Shown here one piece after another: positions 29,421-38,600 of a stretch of 64,000 nt of DNA. The notes beneath the pieces are model-generated. The model was not told the DNA's origin. It did no database searches and worked only from the letters and a program-made list of their open reading frames with translations. The translations under genes and the position numbers were made by a program. The stretch comes from Patescibacteria group bacterium (GTDB taxonomy: Bacteria; Patescibacteriota; Patescibacteriia; JAXHNJ01). The DNA lies in contig JAXHNJ010000001.1 in the NCBI GenBank assembly GCA_034520665.1, forward strand, positions 322,579-386,578. Direction: 5' to 3'. Positions within the stretch are counted from its first letter, which is position 1, and each line of letters opens with the position of its first letter.

Positions 29421-29651
29421 GCCAGGAGCCAAGGATCCGAAATAGCTCTCGCCCGCTAGCGCCTTCGCGCAAGCAATGGCGAGCGGGCAACTGGTAGAGC
29501 CAGGCTTTTGTCTGCTGAACTTACCGGCCGTCTTAGCTCAACTGGTAGAGCAAACGCTTCGTAAGCGTTAGGTTTCCGGTTCAAGTCCGGAAGACGGCTC
29601 CAAGCCTACCCGGACCAATAAAGCCTAGGTTATCGGTTCAAGACGTCTGGC
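29421..29651 (+). pseudogene. Decayed tRNA-Thr(TGT)-like shell surrounding tRNA-Thr(CGT)
   Basis: tagctc[hairpin]aactggtagagc-c-aggct-tt-TGT, then a 108-nt insert, then aa-agcct-aggtt-atcgg-ttcaag. Acceptor and T stems are degenerate. Confidence 0.55.
29527..29602 (+). tRNA. tRNA-Thr(CGT)
   Basis: gccgtct/agacggc acceptor, aacgc-tt-CGT-aa-gcgtt, TTC loop, encoded CCA. Confidence 0.95.
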
Positions 29652-29797
29652 AGTAGAGTAAAGCTTTTTTTAATGGTTAAGTTATTAATTTTCCGAGGAA
29701 AAAGGCAATTTAGGATAATTAGCCCGTCTAATAAAACTATTCACAAGTATTAAACTATTGGCTTTTTGATTCATTAATTGGCCTTTAATATAATCTT

Positions 29798-30577
29798 ATG
29801 AAACAAGAAAATAATAATTTTTTGGAAAATTCAAAACCTTTTTATTTTTCAGGAAATAAAGTTGGAGTAATTTTAATACACGGTTTTACTGGCTCGCCAG
29901 CTGATTTAAGGGTCTTTGGTCGTTATTTAGCCAAGCAGGGCTACACAGTTAAAGGTATCCGTTTAACTGGTCATGGTATTCATCACACAGTTTTAAAAAA
30001 AACCAATCGTTATGACTGGTATTATTCTCTGAAAAGATCAATTAATGAAATTAGAGACCAGGTAGAAGAAATTTTTTTGGTTGGCTTTTCTATGGGCGGA
30101 GACTTATCCATTTTGTATAATGAAATGGAAAAAGGGGTTAAAGGTATGGTTCTAATTAATACTCCTATTTATACCAAACCCTCCCGTCTAACCTTTTGGT
30201 TTATTCCTTTAATAAAAAGATTCAAAAAATTTAAGATAAAGGGTTGGGCTAAAAAAACAGATAATTATTTTGAAAAGCGTTGCGCTTGTTCTTATACCAA
30301 AATTCCGCTGGACAGTGCCTGGCAATTTTACAAGCTTGTGCAGGAAAGCAAGGCTGTGGCCGAAAAAATTAAGATTCCTGTGTATTTAATCCAGTCGCGT
30401 CATGACCAAGCTATAAACGCTGAAAGTGTAAATTTTTTGGATAAAAAAATTAAAACCGTTTATAAAAAGGATATAATTAATACTCATTTACACGGACTTT
30501 TGTCAGAATATGAAAAACGGGAAAATATTTACTCAAATATAAATGATTTTATTAAAAAAAGTTCAAAAATTGTTTAA
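29798..30577 (+). CDS. Alpha/beta hydrolase (carboxylesterase, YvaK-like)
   Basis: HGFTGS, GFSMGG nucleophile elbow, C-terminal Asp and His. Confidence 0.88.
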   Translation: MKQENNNFLENSKPFYFSGNKVGVILIHGFTGSPADLRVFGRYLAKQGYTVKGIRLTGHGIHHTVLKKTNRYDWYYSLKRSINEIRDQVEEIFLVGFSMGGDLSILYNEMEKGVKGMVLINTPIYTKPSRLTFWFIPLIKRFKKFKIKGWAKKTDNYFEKRCACSYTKIPLDSAWQFYKLVQESKAVAEKIKIPVYLIQSRHDQAINAESVNFLDKKIKTVYKKDIINTHLHGLLSEYEKRENIYSNINDFIKKSSKIV

Positions 30578-30628
30578 CAAAGTATTAATTTTGTGTTATA
30601 ATAAAAAAAACCTAAAGTTAAGGTTTTC

Positions 30629-30686
30629 TGGAGTCGGTAACGGGAATTTCAGCCAGAAGCTGATGCGCCTCAGGCGCAGAACCTGT
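30629..30686 (-). pseudogene. tRNA 3'-half remnant with hairpin insertion in the T-loop
   Basis: tggagtcggtaacgggaat[..]gaacctgt versus tRNA-Gly tggagcaggtaacgggaatcgaacccgt. Insert at 30649-30678. Confidence 0.65.
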
Positions 30687-30732
30687 ATTAATACTTAATG
30701 AAATAAACTTATTTTCCGTTAATATTTAAGTT

Positions 30733-30806
30733 TGGAGCAGGTAACGGGAATCGAACCCGTGCCTTATCCTTGGGAAGGATATATTCTACCACTAAACTAT
30801 ACCTGC
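30733..30806 (-). tRNA. tRNA-Gly(CCC)
   Basis: Reverse complement gcaggta...tatcc-tt-CCC-aa-ggata...ggttcgattcc..tacctgc-t-cca. Confidence 0.95.
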
Positions 30807-30829
30807 CTTAACAAAATTATAAACAAAAA

Positions 30830-32401
30830 ATGCCTAAAATTCAAATAGTCAATTGTAAGAAAAAATATTTTTATATACTCTTTATATTTATTTTATTAGG
30901 GAGTATTTTTTTACTGATTACTCCGGTTCAAGCTATAGATAAAAATAAGGTCAGTATTCATCTTGGTTCCCGTGAGATTAAGAGGGGATACACCATTGAT
31001 AAACCGGATGGCTTGATGAGACTAGCTGTTTTCCCATATGTTTTAGACCGCCCGGCCGATATAAAACTGGAAAAAATTTCAGATGAGGGTCTGCCACAGC
31101 CAGAAAATCTGATTCGTGTTAGTGATGTTTTTGAATTTGATATTGTTACTGACCCAATTAAAATATTTGCCAAGGAAGTAATTATTGTTCTTGATTATAA
31201 TTCTGATAACAATAAAACTAAGAAAATTTATTTTTATGATAGTAATCAGGATAAATGGCGACCGCTATATTCAATGACTAATTATCAGGATAAATGGGTC
31301 AGAGCCTACACTCATTTACCCTATTCAAAAATTGCTGTTTTTGAAGAAGATTTAACTTCTGAAGGTTATGCCACCTGGTATCGTTCTAAATATACTTATG
31401 GTTGTGCTTCTAATGATTATCCCATGGATTCAAGGCTAAGAGTAACTAGTTTGCAGGATAGCAATCAGTCAGTTATTTGCCGGGTTAAATCTACCGGGCC
31501 CTTTACTGATAATGCTATTATTGATTTATCATTAACTGCTTTTGAGACTCTAGCACCGGCTGGGCAGGGAAAAGTAAAAGTGCATATAGAACCGTTGGAA
31601 GAAGATAATACTAATGTAGGCCCGACGGTTCAAGGGGCTACTATGCCAATAATATCAGCCCCCGTGGCCATGATATATGACGCTGACAATTATAAAGTAT
31701 TATATGAGAAAAATTCCTCCCAAAAGCGCAGTATAGCCAGTATTACTAAATTAATGACAACAATAGTTTTTTTAGAAACTAATCCTGATTTTGATAAAGT
31801 AGTCACTATCCAAGATTCTGATAAACCACGCCCTGAACCGGGAGTAGGAATTAAGGTTAAGGAAGAGGATAGAATTAGTGTACGTGACCTCTTTAACGCC
31901 ATGCTCACCGGTTCAGCTAATAACGCCGCTTTAGCTTTAGTCAGGTCAACCGGTTTGAGCCAAGAAGAGTTTGTTAATCGTATGAATATTAAGGCAAAAA
32001 AAATTAATATGCTCTCTACTCATTTTGCTGACCCGACTGGCCTGGCAGTGGGTAACAAATCGACCAGCACAGATATTGCTCTATTAATCAACTATATAAT
32101 GAATCGTCCAGGAGTCAGACAAGCGACTACTCAAGCCAATTATACTTACCATATTATAAATGAAAATGATTATAATACAATAAAAAATCCTTTATATCTC
32201 TTTTCTAATTCTTTATCCAGTTACCCGGTAGTTGGGGCTAAAACTGGTTTTATTAATGAAGCTGGATATTGCCTGACTGTTGAATTTAAGCATAATAACG
32301 GCCGTGAATACCAAGCCGTAGTTTTAGGCAGTTCAACTCGCAATACCCGAATTAGTGATATGGTTAAATTGATTGATTATGCCCAGGAATTTATAAACTA
32401 A
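30830..32401 (+). CDS. D-alanyl-D-alanine peptidase (S11) fused to an RlpA-like DPBB domain
   Basis: ASITK (SxxK), SAN, KTG. Central ATWY..GPF..IIDLS segment. Confidence 0.8.
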   Translation: MPKIQIVNCKKKYFYILFIFILLGSIFLLITPVQAIDKNKVSIHLGSREIKRGYTIDKPDGLMRLAVFPYVLDRPADIKLEKISDEGLPQPENLIRVSDVFEFDIVTDPIKIFAKEVIIVLDYNSDNNKTKKIYFYDSNQDKWRPLYSMTNYQDKWVRAYTHLPYSKIAVFEEDLTSEGYATWYRSKYTYGCASNDYPMDSRLRVTSLQDSNQSVICRVKSTGPFTDNAIIDLSLTAFETLAPAGQGKVKVHIEPLEEDNTNVGPTVQGATMPIISAPVAMIYDADNYKVLYEKNSSQKRSIASITKLMTTIVFLETNPDFDKVVTIQDSDKPRPEPGVGIKVKEEDRISVRDLFNAMLTGSANNAALALVRSTGLSQEEFVNRMNIKAKKINMLSTHFADPTGLAVGNKSTSTDIALLINYIMNRPGVRQATTQANYTYHIINENDYNTIKNPLYLFSNSLSSYPVVGAKTGFINEAGYCLTVEFKHNNGREYQAVVLGSSTRNTRISDMVKLIDYAQEFIN

Positions 32402-32405
32402 ATTT

Positions 32406-33086
32406 ATGATAAAATTTGTTAACGTTAGTAAAATATATCCGCCAGATACCGTGGGGTTAAAAAATGTTAATCTCCATATCCATCCGGGTGAATTTGTTTC
32501 TATTGTTGGTCAGTCAGGTACTGGCAAAAGTACTTTTGTTAAACTAGTTTTGGCTGAAATAAAACCGACTAAAGGGAAGGTTATTATTGGTGGCTGGAAT
32601 ATTACTGATATTAAGCCAAGAGAAGTACCTCTACTAAGAAAGCAAATGGGTACTGTTTTTCAAGATATTAAACTTTTGCCGAAAAAGACTGTTTTTGAAA
32701 ATGTAGCTTTTGCTATGGAAGTTTGTGGAGAAAAAAGTGAGAAAATTAACGAAGTAGTGCCGCAAGTTTTAAAAATTGTTGGTTTGGAAGATAAAAAAAA
32801 GCGTTTTCCTCATGAAATATCTGGGGGAGAACAACAGAGAGTAGCTATTGCCCGGGCTTTAGTACACCGCCCCAAAATTTTACTGGCTGATGAACCGACT
32901 GGTAACTTGGATTCAATCAACGCTCATGAAATAATCTCATTACTTAAAAAAATTAATGAATTTGGTACTACCGTTGTTCTAGTGACGCATGATCGGGAAA
33001 TAGTAAATTATCTCAAAAAAAGAGTAATAGCCTTAGATCAAGGCCAGATAATCTCTGATAAAGAAGGCGGCAAATATATTTTATAA
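32406..33086 (+). CDS. ftsE: Cell division ATP-binding protein FtsE
   Basis: [27 protein letters not shown]. Directly upstream of ftsX. Confidence 0.92.
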   Translation: MIKFVNVSKIYPPDTVGLKNVNLHIHPGEFVSIVGQSGTGKSTFVKLVLAEIKPTKGKVIIGGWNITDIKPREVPLLRKQMGTVFQDIKLLPKKTVFENVAFAMEVCGEKSEKINEVVPQVLKIVGLEDKKKRFPHEISGGEQQRVAIARALVHRPKILLADEPTGNLDSINAHEIISLLKKINEFGTTVVLVTHDREIVNYLKKRVIALDQGQIISDKEGGKYIL

Positions 33087-33090
33087 AATT

Positions 33091-34014
33091 ATGATCGGTT
33101 TAACTTTAATTAGATCAATAAAACTAGGTTGGCAGAATTTCTGGCGTAATCGCTGGCTTTCTTTAGTCACTGTTATTATTTTAATTTTGACTCTTTTTCT
33201 TATCTCTTTAGTCGGAAGTTTAAAGATTGTAGCTGATCAAACTTTTGACTCAGTTAAAGAAAAGGTGGATTTTAGTATTTATTTTGAGCCAAGTGCTGAA
33301 AAGAATGAAATAACTGAGATAAAAAATCGTTTTGAAGAAATGAATGAAGTTAAATTAGTGAAGCACATTACCCCTCAGGAAGCCTTAAAGGATTTTAGGG
33401 AAGAGCATAAAAATAACGAAGCTATAATTGAAGCTTTAGAAGCCTTGGAAGATAATCCCTTGGGATCTGTTCTAGTAGTCAGAGGTAATGATCTCAATGA
33501 TTATGAAGCTATTAGCCAGATAGCTCAGTCTAATGAGTATGAAGATATTATCCAAACTAATGAAAATGATTTTGAGGATAATAAAACTCTAATTAGCCGA
33601 CTTTCCAGTATTACTAGTAACATTAATCATTTTGGCTTGATTTTAATAGTTGTCTTTGCTACTATATCATTTCTAGTTATTTTTAATACTATTAGGATTA
33701 CTATATACTCTTACCGCAGTGAAATTGGTATTATGAAGTTAGTCGGTGCTTCTAATAATTTTGTACGAGCGCCTTTTATAATTGAGAGTATTTTGTATGC
33801 TTTGGTTTCCAGTATTATTTCAGTTATTTTACTTTATTCACTAATAAACAGCCTGGAGCCCTTTTTAAATAATTTCTTTACTGGTTATAATCTTAATATA
33901 GTTAATTATTTTAATAATAATTTTTTGTTGGTATTCGGATTTTTAGTGCTAGTCTCTATATTTTTGTGCGTAGTCAGTTCAATAGTAGCTGTGCGCCGTT
34001 ATTTAAGAGTGTAG
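33091..34014 (+). CDS. ftsX: Cell division permease FtsX
   Basis: NTIRITI..R.EIGIMKLVGA...VRAPF..E, four TMs. Confidence 0.93.
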   Translation: MIGLTLIRSIKLGWQNFWRNRWLSLVTVIILILTLFLISLVGSLKIVADQTFDSVKEKVDFSIYFEPSAEKNEITEIKNRFEEMNEVKLVKHITPQEALKDFREEHKNNEAIIEALEALEDNPLGSVLVVRGNDLNDYEAISQIAQSNEYEDIIQTNENDFEDNKTLISRLSSITSNINHFGLILIVVFATISFLVIFNTIRITIYSYRSEIGIMKLVGASNNFVRAPFIIESILYALVSSIISVILLYSLINSLEPFLNNFFTGYNLNIVNYFNNNFLLVFGFLVLVSIFLCVVSSIVAVRRYLRV

Positions 34015-34096
34015 GATTTTATCAGGGAAGGGGAAATCTTAACCTTGAACCCTTTCTTTTATTAATAGAGAGTCAGCTTCAAACTCAAAATATATA

Positions 34097-34192
34097 GCGG
34101 GATCGTCTTCGCCTTCGCCCTTTAATTCTCTTTTGACTTATTTCCTTGCTTCAAGATCAATTTCGGGCTTCGGCCGATAAAATGTTAATACT
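34097..34192 (+). pseudogene. tRNA-Gln 5'-end remnant with REP-like insertion in the D-loop
   Basis: gcgggatcgtct identical to the downstream tRNA, then an insert, then aatgttaatact (tRNA has aatggtaggact). Confidence 0.55.
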
Positions 34193-34207
34193 AAAATATT
34201 ATTACAT

Positions 34208-34278
34208 TGCGGGATCGTCTAATGGTAGGACTCAGGCTTTTGGAGCCTGCTATCCAGGTTCGAATCCTGGTCCCGCAG
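34208..34278 (+). tRNA. tRNA-Gln(TTG)
   Basis: tgcggga/tcccgca acceptor, caggc-tt-TTG-ga-gcctg, ggttcgaatcc. CCA not encoded. Confidence 0.95.
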
Positions 34279-34333
34279 TATTTTTTAAAATAAAATCGTC
34301 GCTGGATTTTATTTTTTTTGTTATAATAAAATT

Positions 34334-35044
34334 ATGACAGCCGAAACAAAAAATAATAAATTCTATGAACACCGGGCTTTTTGGGTAATTTCGATTATAG
34401 CTTTAGTAGTAATTTCACTTTGGATTTTAATTTATTTGAATAAAGACTTATGGCAGCTTTTTACTGATCAGGAGGCTTTGCGGCATAGAATAATTTCATT
34501 TGGCAATCTGGCTCCAGCTTTTATAATTATTTACTATATTTTCCAAATTTTAGCGGCTCCTTTACCAGGACAAACTATTGATCTGGTTAACGGCTATATA
34601 TACGGACCCTTTAAAGGAGCTTTAATTTCTCTTATTGGTCTTTTTTTGGGTAGTGTGATTGCTGTTTCCTTAGCTAGAATATTTGGCCGGCCTTTACTCA
34701 GACATTTTCTTTCTGATTATAAACTGAAAAAATACCGAAGTTGGATTAACCGCCGGTCTCTTTTTTTCTTTTTTATTTTATTTTTAATACCCGGACTGCC
34801 TGATGATTTGCTTTGTTTTGCCGCTGGCTTGACTCGTATTCCTTTATGGCAGCTTATTCTCGTTATACTCTTAGGCAGGACTCCAAGTATTATTACTTCG
34901 GTTATTTTCGGAGCTACTGGCCAATCTCTAAATCCAATGCAGTTTACTTTAGTAATTTTAGGAGCTGCTGTTTTGGTGTATTTATTAATTAAATTTTTAC
35001 CTAAGAGTAAAAGATTAAAAAAATACTTAAAAAAACATGTTTAA
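34334..35044 (+). CDS. TVP38/TMEM64 (VTT/DedA superfamily) membrane protein
   Basis: APLPGQ, GYIYGPFKG, LIPGLPDDL..FAAGLT. Confidence 0.85.
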   Translation: MTAETKNNKFYEHRAFWVISIIALVVISLWILIYLNKDLWQLFTDQEALRHRIISFGNLAPAFIIIYYIFQILAAPLPGQTIDLVNGYIYGPFKGALISLIGLFLGSVIAVSLARIFGRPLLRHFLSDYKLKKYRSWINRRSLFFFFILFLIPGLPDDLLCFAAGLTRIPLWQLILVILLGRTPSIITSVIFGATGQSLNPMQFTLVILGAAVLVYLLIKFLPKSKRLKKYLKKHV

Positions 35045-35369
35045 AAAATCCCCATTTTATAAAATTAAAACCAGTGTACCACTTAATTATGCCCAGCCAG
35101 TGCGAGAAGCTATGAGCCAGGCTGGTGCTGGAAAGCAGGGTAATTATATAAATTGTTCTGGCTCTTACTCAATAACTGGGCGTTTTACGCCGATTAAAGG
35201 GGCTAAGCCAACCATTGGTAGCCAAGGGAAAGAGGAAGTGGTTAAAGAAGAAGCTATAGAAATGCTTTGCCATAAAAACAAAATAAAAGCAGTAATTAAG
35301 GCTTTAAAAAAAGCTCATCCTTACGAAGAGCCGCCGATTGATATTTTTGAAAGAATTGATATTAAATAA
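35037..35369 (+). CDS. Stand-alone YqfO/NIF3 PII-like domain protein
   Basis: AGAGKQGNY..CS, GRFTP..GA.P.IG, AHPYEEP. Confidence 0.8.
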   Translation: MFKKSPFYKIKTSVPLNYAQPVREAMSQAGAGKQGNYINCSGSYSITGRFTPIKGAKPTIGSQGKEEVVKEEAIEMLCHKNKIKAVIKALKKAHPYEEPPIDIFERIDIK

Positions 35370-35448
35370 TTTTAATAATTTCTAATTTTAGAGTTGTTTA
35401 TTAGTGGAAAATATGCTACTATTAGCCTAGATTAAAAAATATTTTTTT

Positions 35449-36360
35449 ATGTCTATTAACCGCTGTAAAAAAGAATTTGACTGGATAAATATTCATGATT
35501 TGCGTAAAAAAGATATTGAATACTTGCGCCAGCATTTTAATTTTCATCCTTTGGATTTAGAAGATTGCCAAAGTATTAGTCAACGCCCAAAAATTGATGT
35601 TTATAAAGGTTATCTTTTTGTAGTTTTGCATTTTCCTTATTATGACCAGAATAGTAAAATAGTAAATTTTCGAGAAATCCATTTTTTTATTAGTAAAGAC
35701 TATATCGTCAGTGTGAAAAAAACACATATTAAAGTTTTGCATGATTATTTTTTAGATTTCTCACGTGACAAATTACAGCTAAAAAAATCTAAAAATTCGC
35801 CTTTTCATTTATTTTATGAGCTTTTGGAGAAACTATATGCCACTTCTTTGCCAATATTGGATATTATCAGTAAAAATTTAAATCATATAGAAGAACAAAT
35901 TTTTACTGATGAGCAAAAAGGTCTAGCTAATAAAATTGCTTTTACCCGTCGTAATATTCTTAATTTTCGTAAAGTGATTGAACCCCAGATTAAAATTTTT
36001 GATAAGCTTATGAATTTACATAAGAAATATATTCCTAAAGGTATTAGCGTTTATTTTGATGATATTCAGGATTATTTAGAAAGATCAAAAGCAAATTTAG
36101 ATAATTATAAAGATATAATAGAAGGCTTGGGACAAAGCCATGAATCAATGATTTCTCAGCGCACTAATGAAGTCATGAAAATATTAACTATAATTTCAGT
36201 AGCTTTACTACCTTTAAATTTAATAGCCGGAATTTATGGCATGAATATTATTGGTTTACCTTTTGCCAAAAATCCTATAATTATTTGGCTATTTTTTATT
36301 GTACTAATATTCTTTATTTCTTTGATTATTTTGATTTCTCATAAACGAAATGTGCTTTAA
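35449..36360 (+). CDS. corA: CorA family Mg2+ transporter
   Basis: HPLDLED..QRPK, GIYGMN, two C-terminal TMs. Confidence 0.9.
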   Translation: MSINRCKKEFDWINIHDLRKKDIEYLRQHFNFHPLDLEDCQSISQRPKIDVYKGYLFVVLHFPYYDQNSKIVNFREIHFFISKDYIVSVKKTHIKVLHDYFLDFSRDKLQLKKSKNSPFHLFYELLEKLYATSLPILDIISKNLNHIEEQIFTDEQKGLANKIAFTRRNILNFRKVIEPQIKIFDKLMNLHKKYIPKGISVYFDDIQDYLERSKANLDNYKDIIEGLGQSHESMISQRTNEVMKILTIISVALLPLNLIAGIYGMNIIGLPFAKNPIIIWLFFIVLIFFISLIILISHKRNVL

Positions 36361-36433
36361 TAAATTATAACTAGAGATAGCTTTGAAAATCTGTCTTTTT
36401 TTAATTTAGGCTTAAAAATGATATAATAGATCC

Positions 36434-37357
36434 ATGGATAAAATAGAAAATAAAATAAAAAAAATTGCTTCAATAGAAATACAAGGCGCCACTAAAGTGG
36501 CCTTAACTTTTATATCAATTGTATTAGATTTAGCTTCTAAGGTAAAGAATAAAAATAAACTAATTAAAGAAATAAAAAGAATAGAAAAAAAGATATTAAA
36601 ACATCGTCCAACTGAACCCTTGTTGGCTAATTTTTCACATTTGATAATTGAAGCTTTAAAAAATTATAAAGAAGAAAAGAGTCTATATAATTATATTAAA
36701 AACCTGACTGATGATATTAAGAATTTCTATGAAGATAAAAAGAAGAAAATCATTAAAAATGGCAGTGCTCTAATAAAAAATGGGGAAAATATTTTTACCC
36801 ACTGTCACTCATCAAAAGTTGAAGGTATAATTTTTGAAGCTAAAAAAAAGGGAAAAAAGTTTAAGCTTTATCATACAGAAACCAGGCCTCTTTTTCAGGG
36901 AAGAATTACCGGACGGAATTTATTAAAACATAAAATAGATGTTAATATGGTCTGTGATTCAGCGGCTCCATTTTTAGTCAGTGACCACTCAGGAGATGAT
37001 ATTAAAATTACCAAAGTTTTTATTGGTTCTGATCTAATAGCTCTAAACGGGGATTGTGTCAATAAGATTGGTAGTTTTGGTATTGCTTTAACTGCTTGGG
37101 AATCTAAAATACCGCTATACGTAGCCGCTTCTTTACTCAAAATTGATACAGCTTCCAAAAATAAAATTTCCTACCCCATAGAAAAAAGAAAAGCCAGTGA
37201 AGTTTGGTCAGAGGCCCCAAAAGATTTAAATATTATTAACTATGCTTTTGATTTTGTCCCGGCTAAATTTATAACTGGTTATATTACCGAATTTGGCGTA
37301 ATTAAACCCGAACAGGTTAAAACAACAGTTAAAAATAATTATCAATGTTTATTTTAA
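36434..37357 (+). CDS. Ribose-1,5-bisphosphate isomerase (eIF-2B family)
   Basis: IQGA, RPTEP, THCHS (catalytic Cys), ETRP, NKIG. In an operon with RuBisCO and AMP phosphorylase. Confidence 0.9.
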   Translation: MDKIENKIKKIASIEIQGATKVALTFISIVLDLASKVKNKNKLIKEIKRIEKKILKHRPTEPLLANFSHLIIEALKNYKEEKSLYNYIKNLTDDIKNFYEDKKKKIIKNGSALIKNGENIFTHCHSSKVEGIIFEAKKKGKKFKLYHTETRPLFQGRITGRNLLKHKIDVNMVCDSAAPFLVSDHSGDDIKITKVFIGSDLIALNGDCVNKIGSFGIALTAWESKIPLYVAASLLKIDTASKNKISYPIEKRKASEVWSEAPKDLNIINYAFDFVPAKFITGYITEFGVIKPEQVKTTVKNNYQCLF

Positions 37358-37364
37358 AAAAAAT

Positions 37365-38594
37365 ATGTATAATTTAGATTATATAAAACTAAATAAAAAA
37401 TACGATCAAAAAAATTATATTCATGCAGAATTTTATATGGAATCAACTCTTTCTGATAAACAAGCGGCCGCTGCTTTAGCCACAGAATCTTCTATTGGCA
37501 CTTGGACAAAGGTTTCTACTATGGAAAAAAAGAAGTTTAAAAAGCTAGCCGCGCGAGTTTATGAAATTAGCAAAAAATACAGTCGTATTAAGGTAGCCTA
37601 TCCTTTAGACTTATTTGAAAAAGGCAATATACCTCAACTCTTATCATCAGTAGCCGGCAACATTTACAGCCTTAAGGAAATTACTTCTTTGCGGCTGATA
37701 AATCTGCATTTTCCTCCCGCTTATATAAAATCTTTTCCCGGACCGGCCTTTGGCCAAAAAGGTATTAGAAAAGTAACCCAAGTTAAAAATAGGCCGCTGA
37801 TAGGAGTGATTATTAAACCTAAATTAGGACTTTCCCCAGCTCGTCATGCCCAGGTGGCCTATCAGGTTTTAAAAAACGGAGCTGATTTGGTTAAAGATGA
37901 TGAAAATTTGACTAATCAAAAATTTAATCCCTTTAAAAAGCGGGTTAAAAAGACGTTAGAAAAAGTTAAAAAAATAGAAAAAACCTCGGAAACTAAAAAA
38001 TTAGTCGCTTTTAACGTGACTGCTTCTACTCCTGAGATGATTGAACGAGCCAAGTTTGTAAAAAAACATGGTGGACGCTGTATAATGATCGATTTAGTAA
38101 CAGCTGGTTTTTCGGGGCTGCAGGCCCTGCGAGAAGCTAATTTAGGTTTAATTATTCATGGCCATAGAGCTATGCATTCTGCTTTTACCCGAGGTTCTCA
38201 GCATGGTCTGGATTATTATGTTTTAGCTAAACTAGCCCGCTTAGCTGGTATTGATGAGTTGCATTCAGGCACTATTGTTGGTAAAATGGCCGGTAATAAA
38301 GAAGAGGTTTTAAAAGTTAATAAATTTTTAAATGGACAGTTATACGGCCTTAAAAAAACAATGCCGGTTTCTTCAGGCGGGCTGCATCCGGGATTAGTAG
38401 AAAAATTAATAAAATTATTGGGACAGAATATAATTATAAATTTCGGCGGGGGAGTACACGGACATCCCGATGGTTCGGCTGAAGGTATGAAAGCAGCCTG
38501 GTCAGCTGTTAAGGCTGTTTCTTCTGGTCTCACTTTAAAAAAAGCCGCTAAAAAAAGTCCTTCTTTAAAAAAAGCCATTGAATTTTTTAAATAA
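37365..38594 (+). CDS. rbcL: RuBisCO large subunit, form III-type
   Basis: ESSIGTW, KPKLG, KDDE, HRAMH, GKM (loop 6 Lys), SGG, GGG. Confidence 0.9.
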   Translation: MYNLDYIKLNKKYDQKNYIHAEFYMESTLSDKQAAAALATESSIGTWTKVSTMEKKKFKKLAARVYEISKKYSRIKVAYPLDLFEKGNIPQLLSSVAGNIYSLKEITSLRLINLHFPPAYIKSFPGPAFGQKGIRKVTQVKNRPLIGVIIKPKLGLSPARHAQVAYQVLKNGADLVKDDENLTNQKFNPFKKRVKKTLEKVKKIEKTSETKKLVAFNVTASTPEMIERAKFVKKHGGRCIMIDLVTAGFSGLQALREANLGLIIHGHRAMHSAFTRGSQHGLDYYVLAKLARLAGIDELHSGTIVGKMAGNKEEVLKVNKFLNGQLYGLKKTMPVSSGGLHPGLVEKLIKLLGQNIIINFGGGVHGHPDGSAEGMKAAWSAVKAVSSGLTLKKAAKKSPSLKKAIEFFK

Positions 38595-38600
38595 AAAATA

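Noticed and set aside
29421-29651. Functional intron-containing tRNA-Thr(TGT)
   Set aside because: Outer acceptor and T stems are not canonical and the insert has no group I core. Reported as a remnant only.
34146-34337. 63-aa ORF
   Set aside because: Overlaps tRNA-Gln.
37365-38594. Calvin-cycle autotrophy
   Set aside because: No phosphoribulokinase or small subunit in the window. Context indicates nucleoside salvage.
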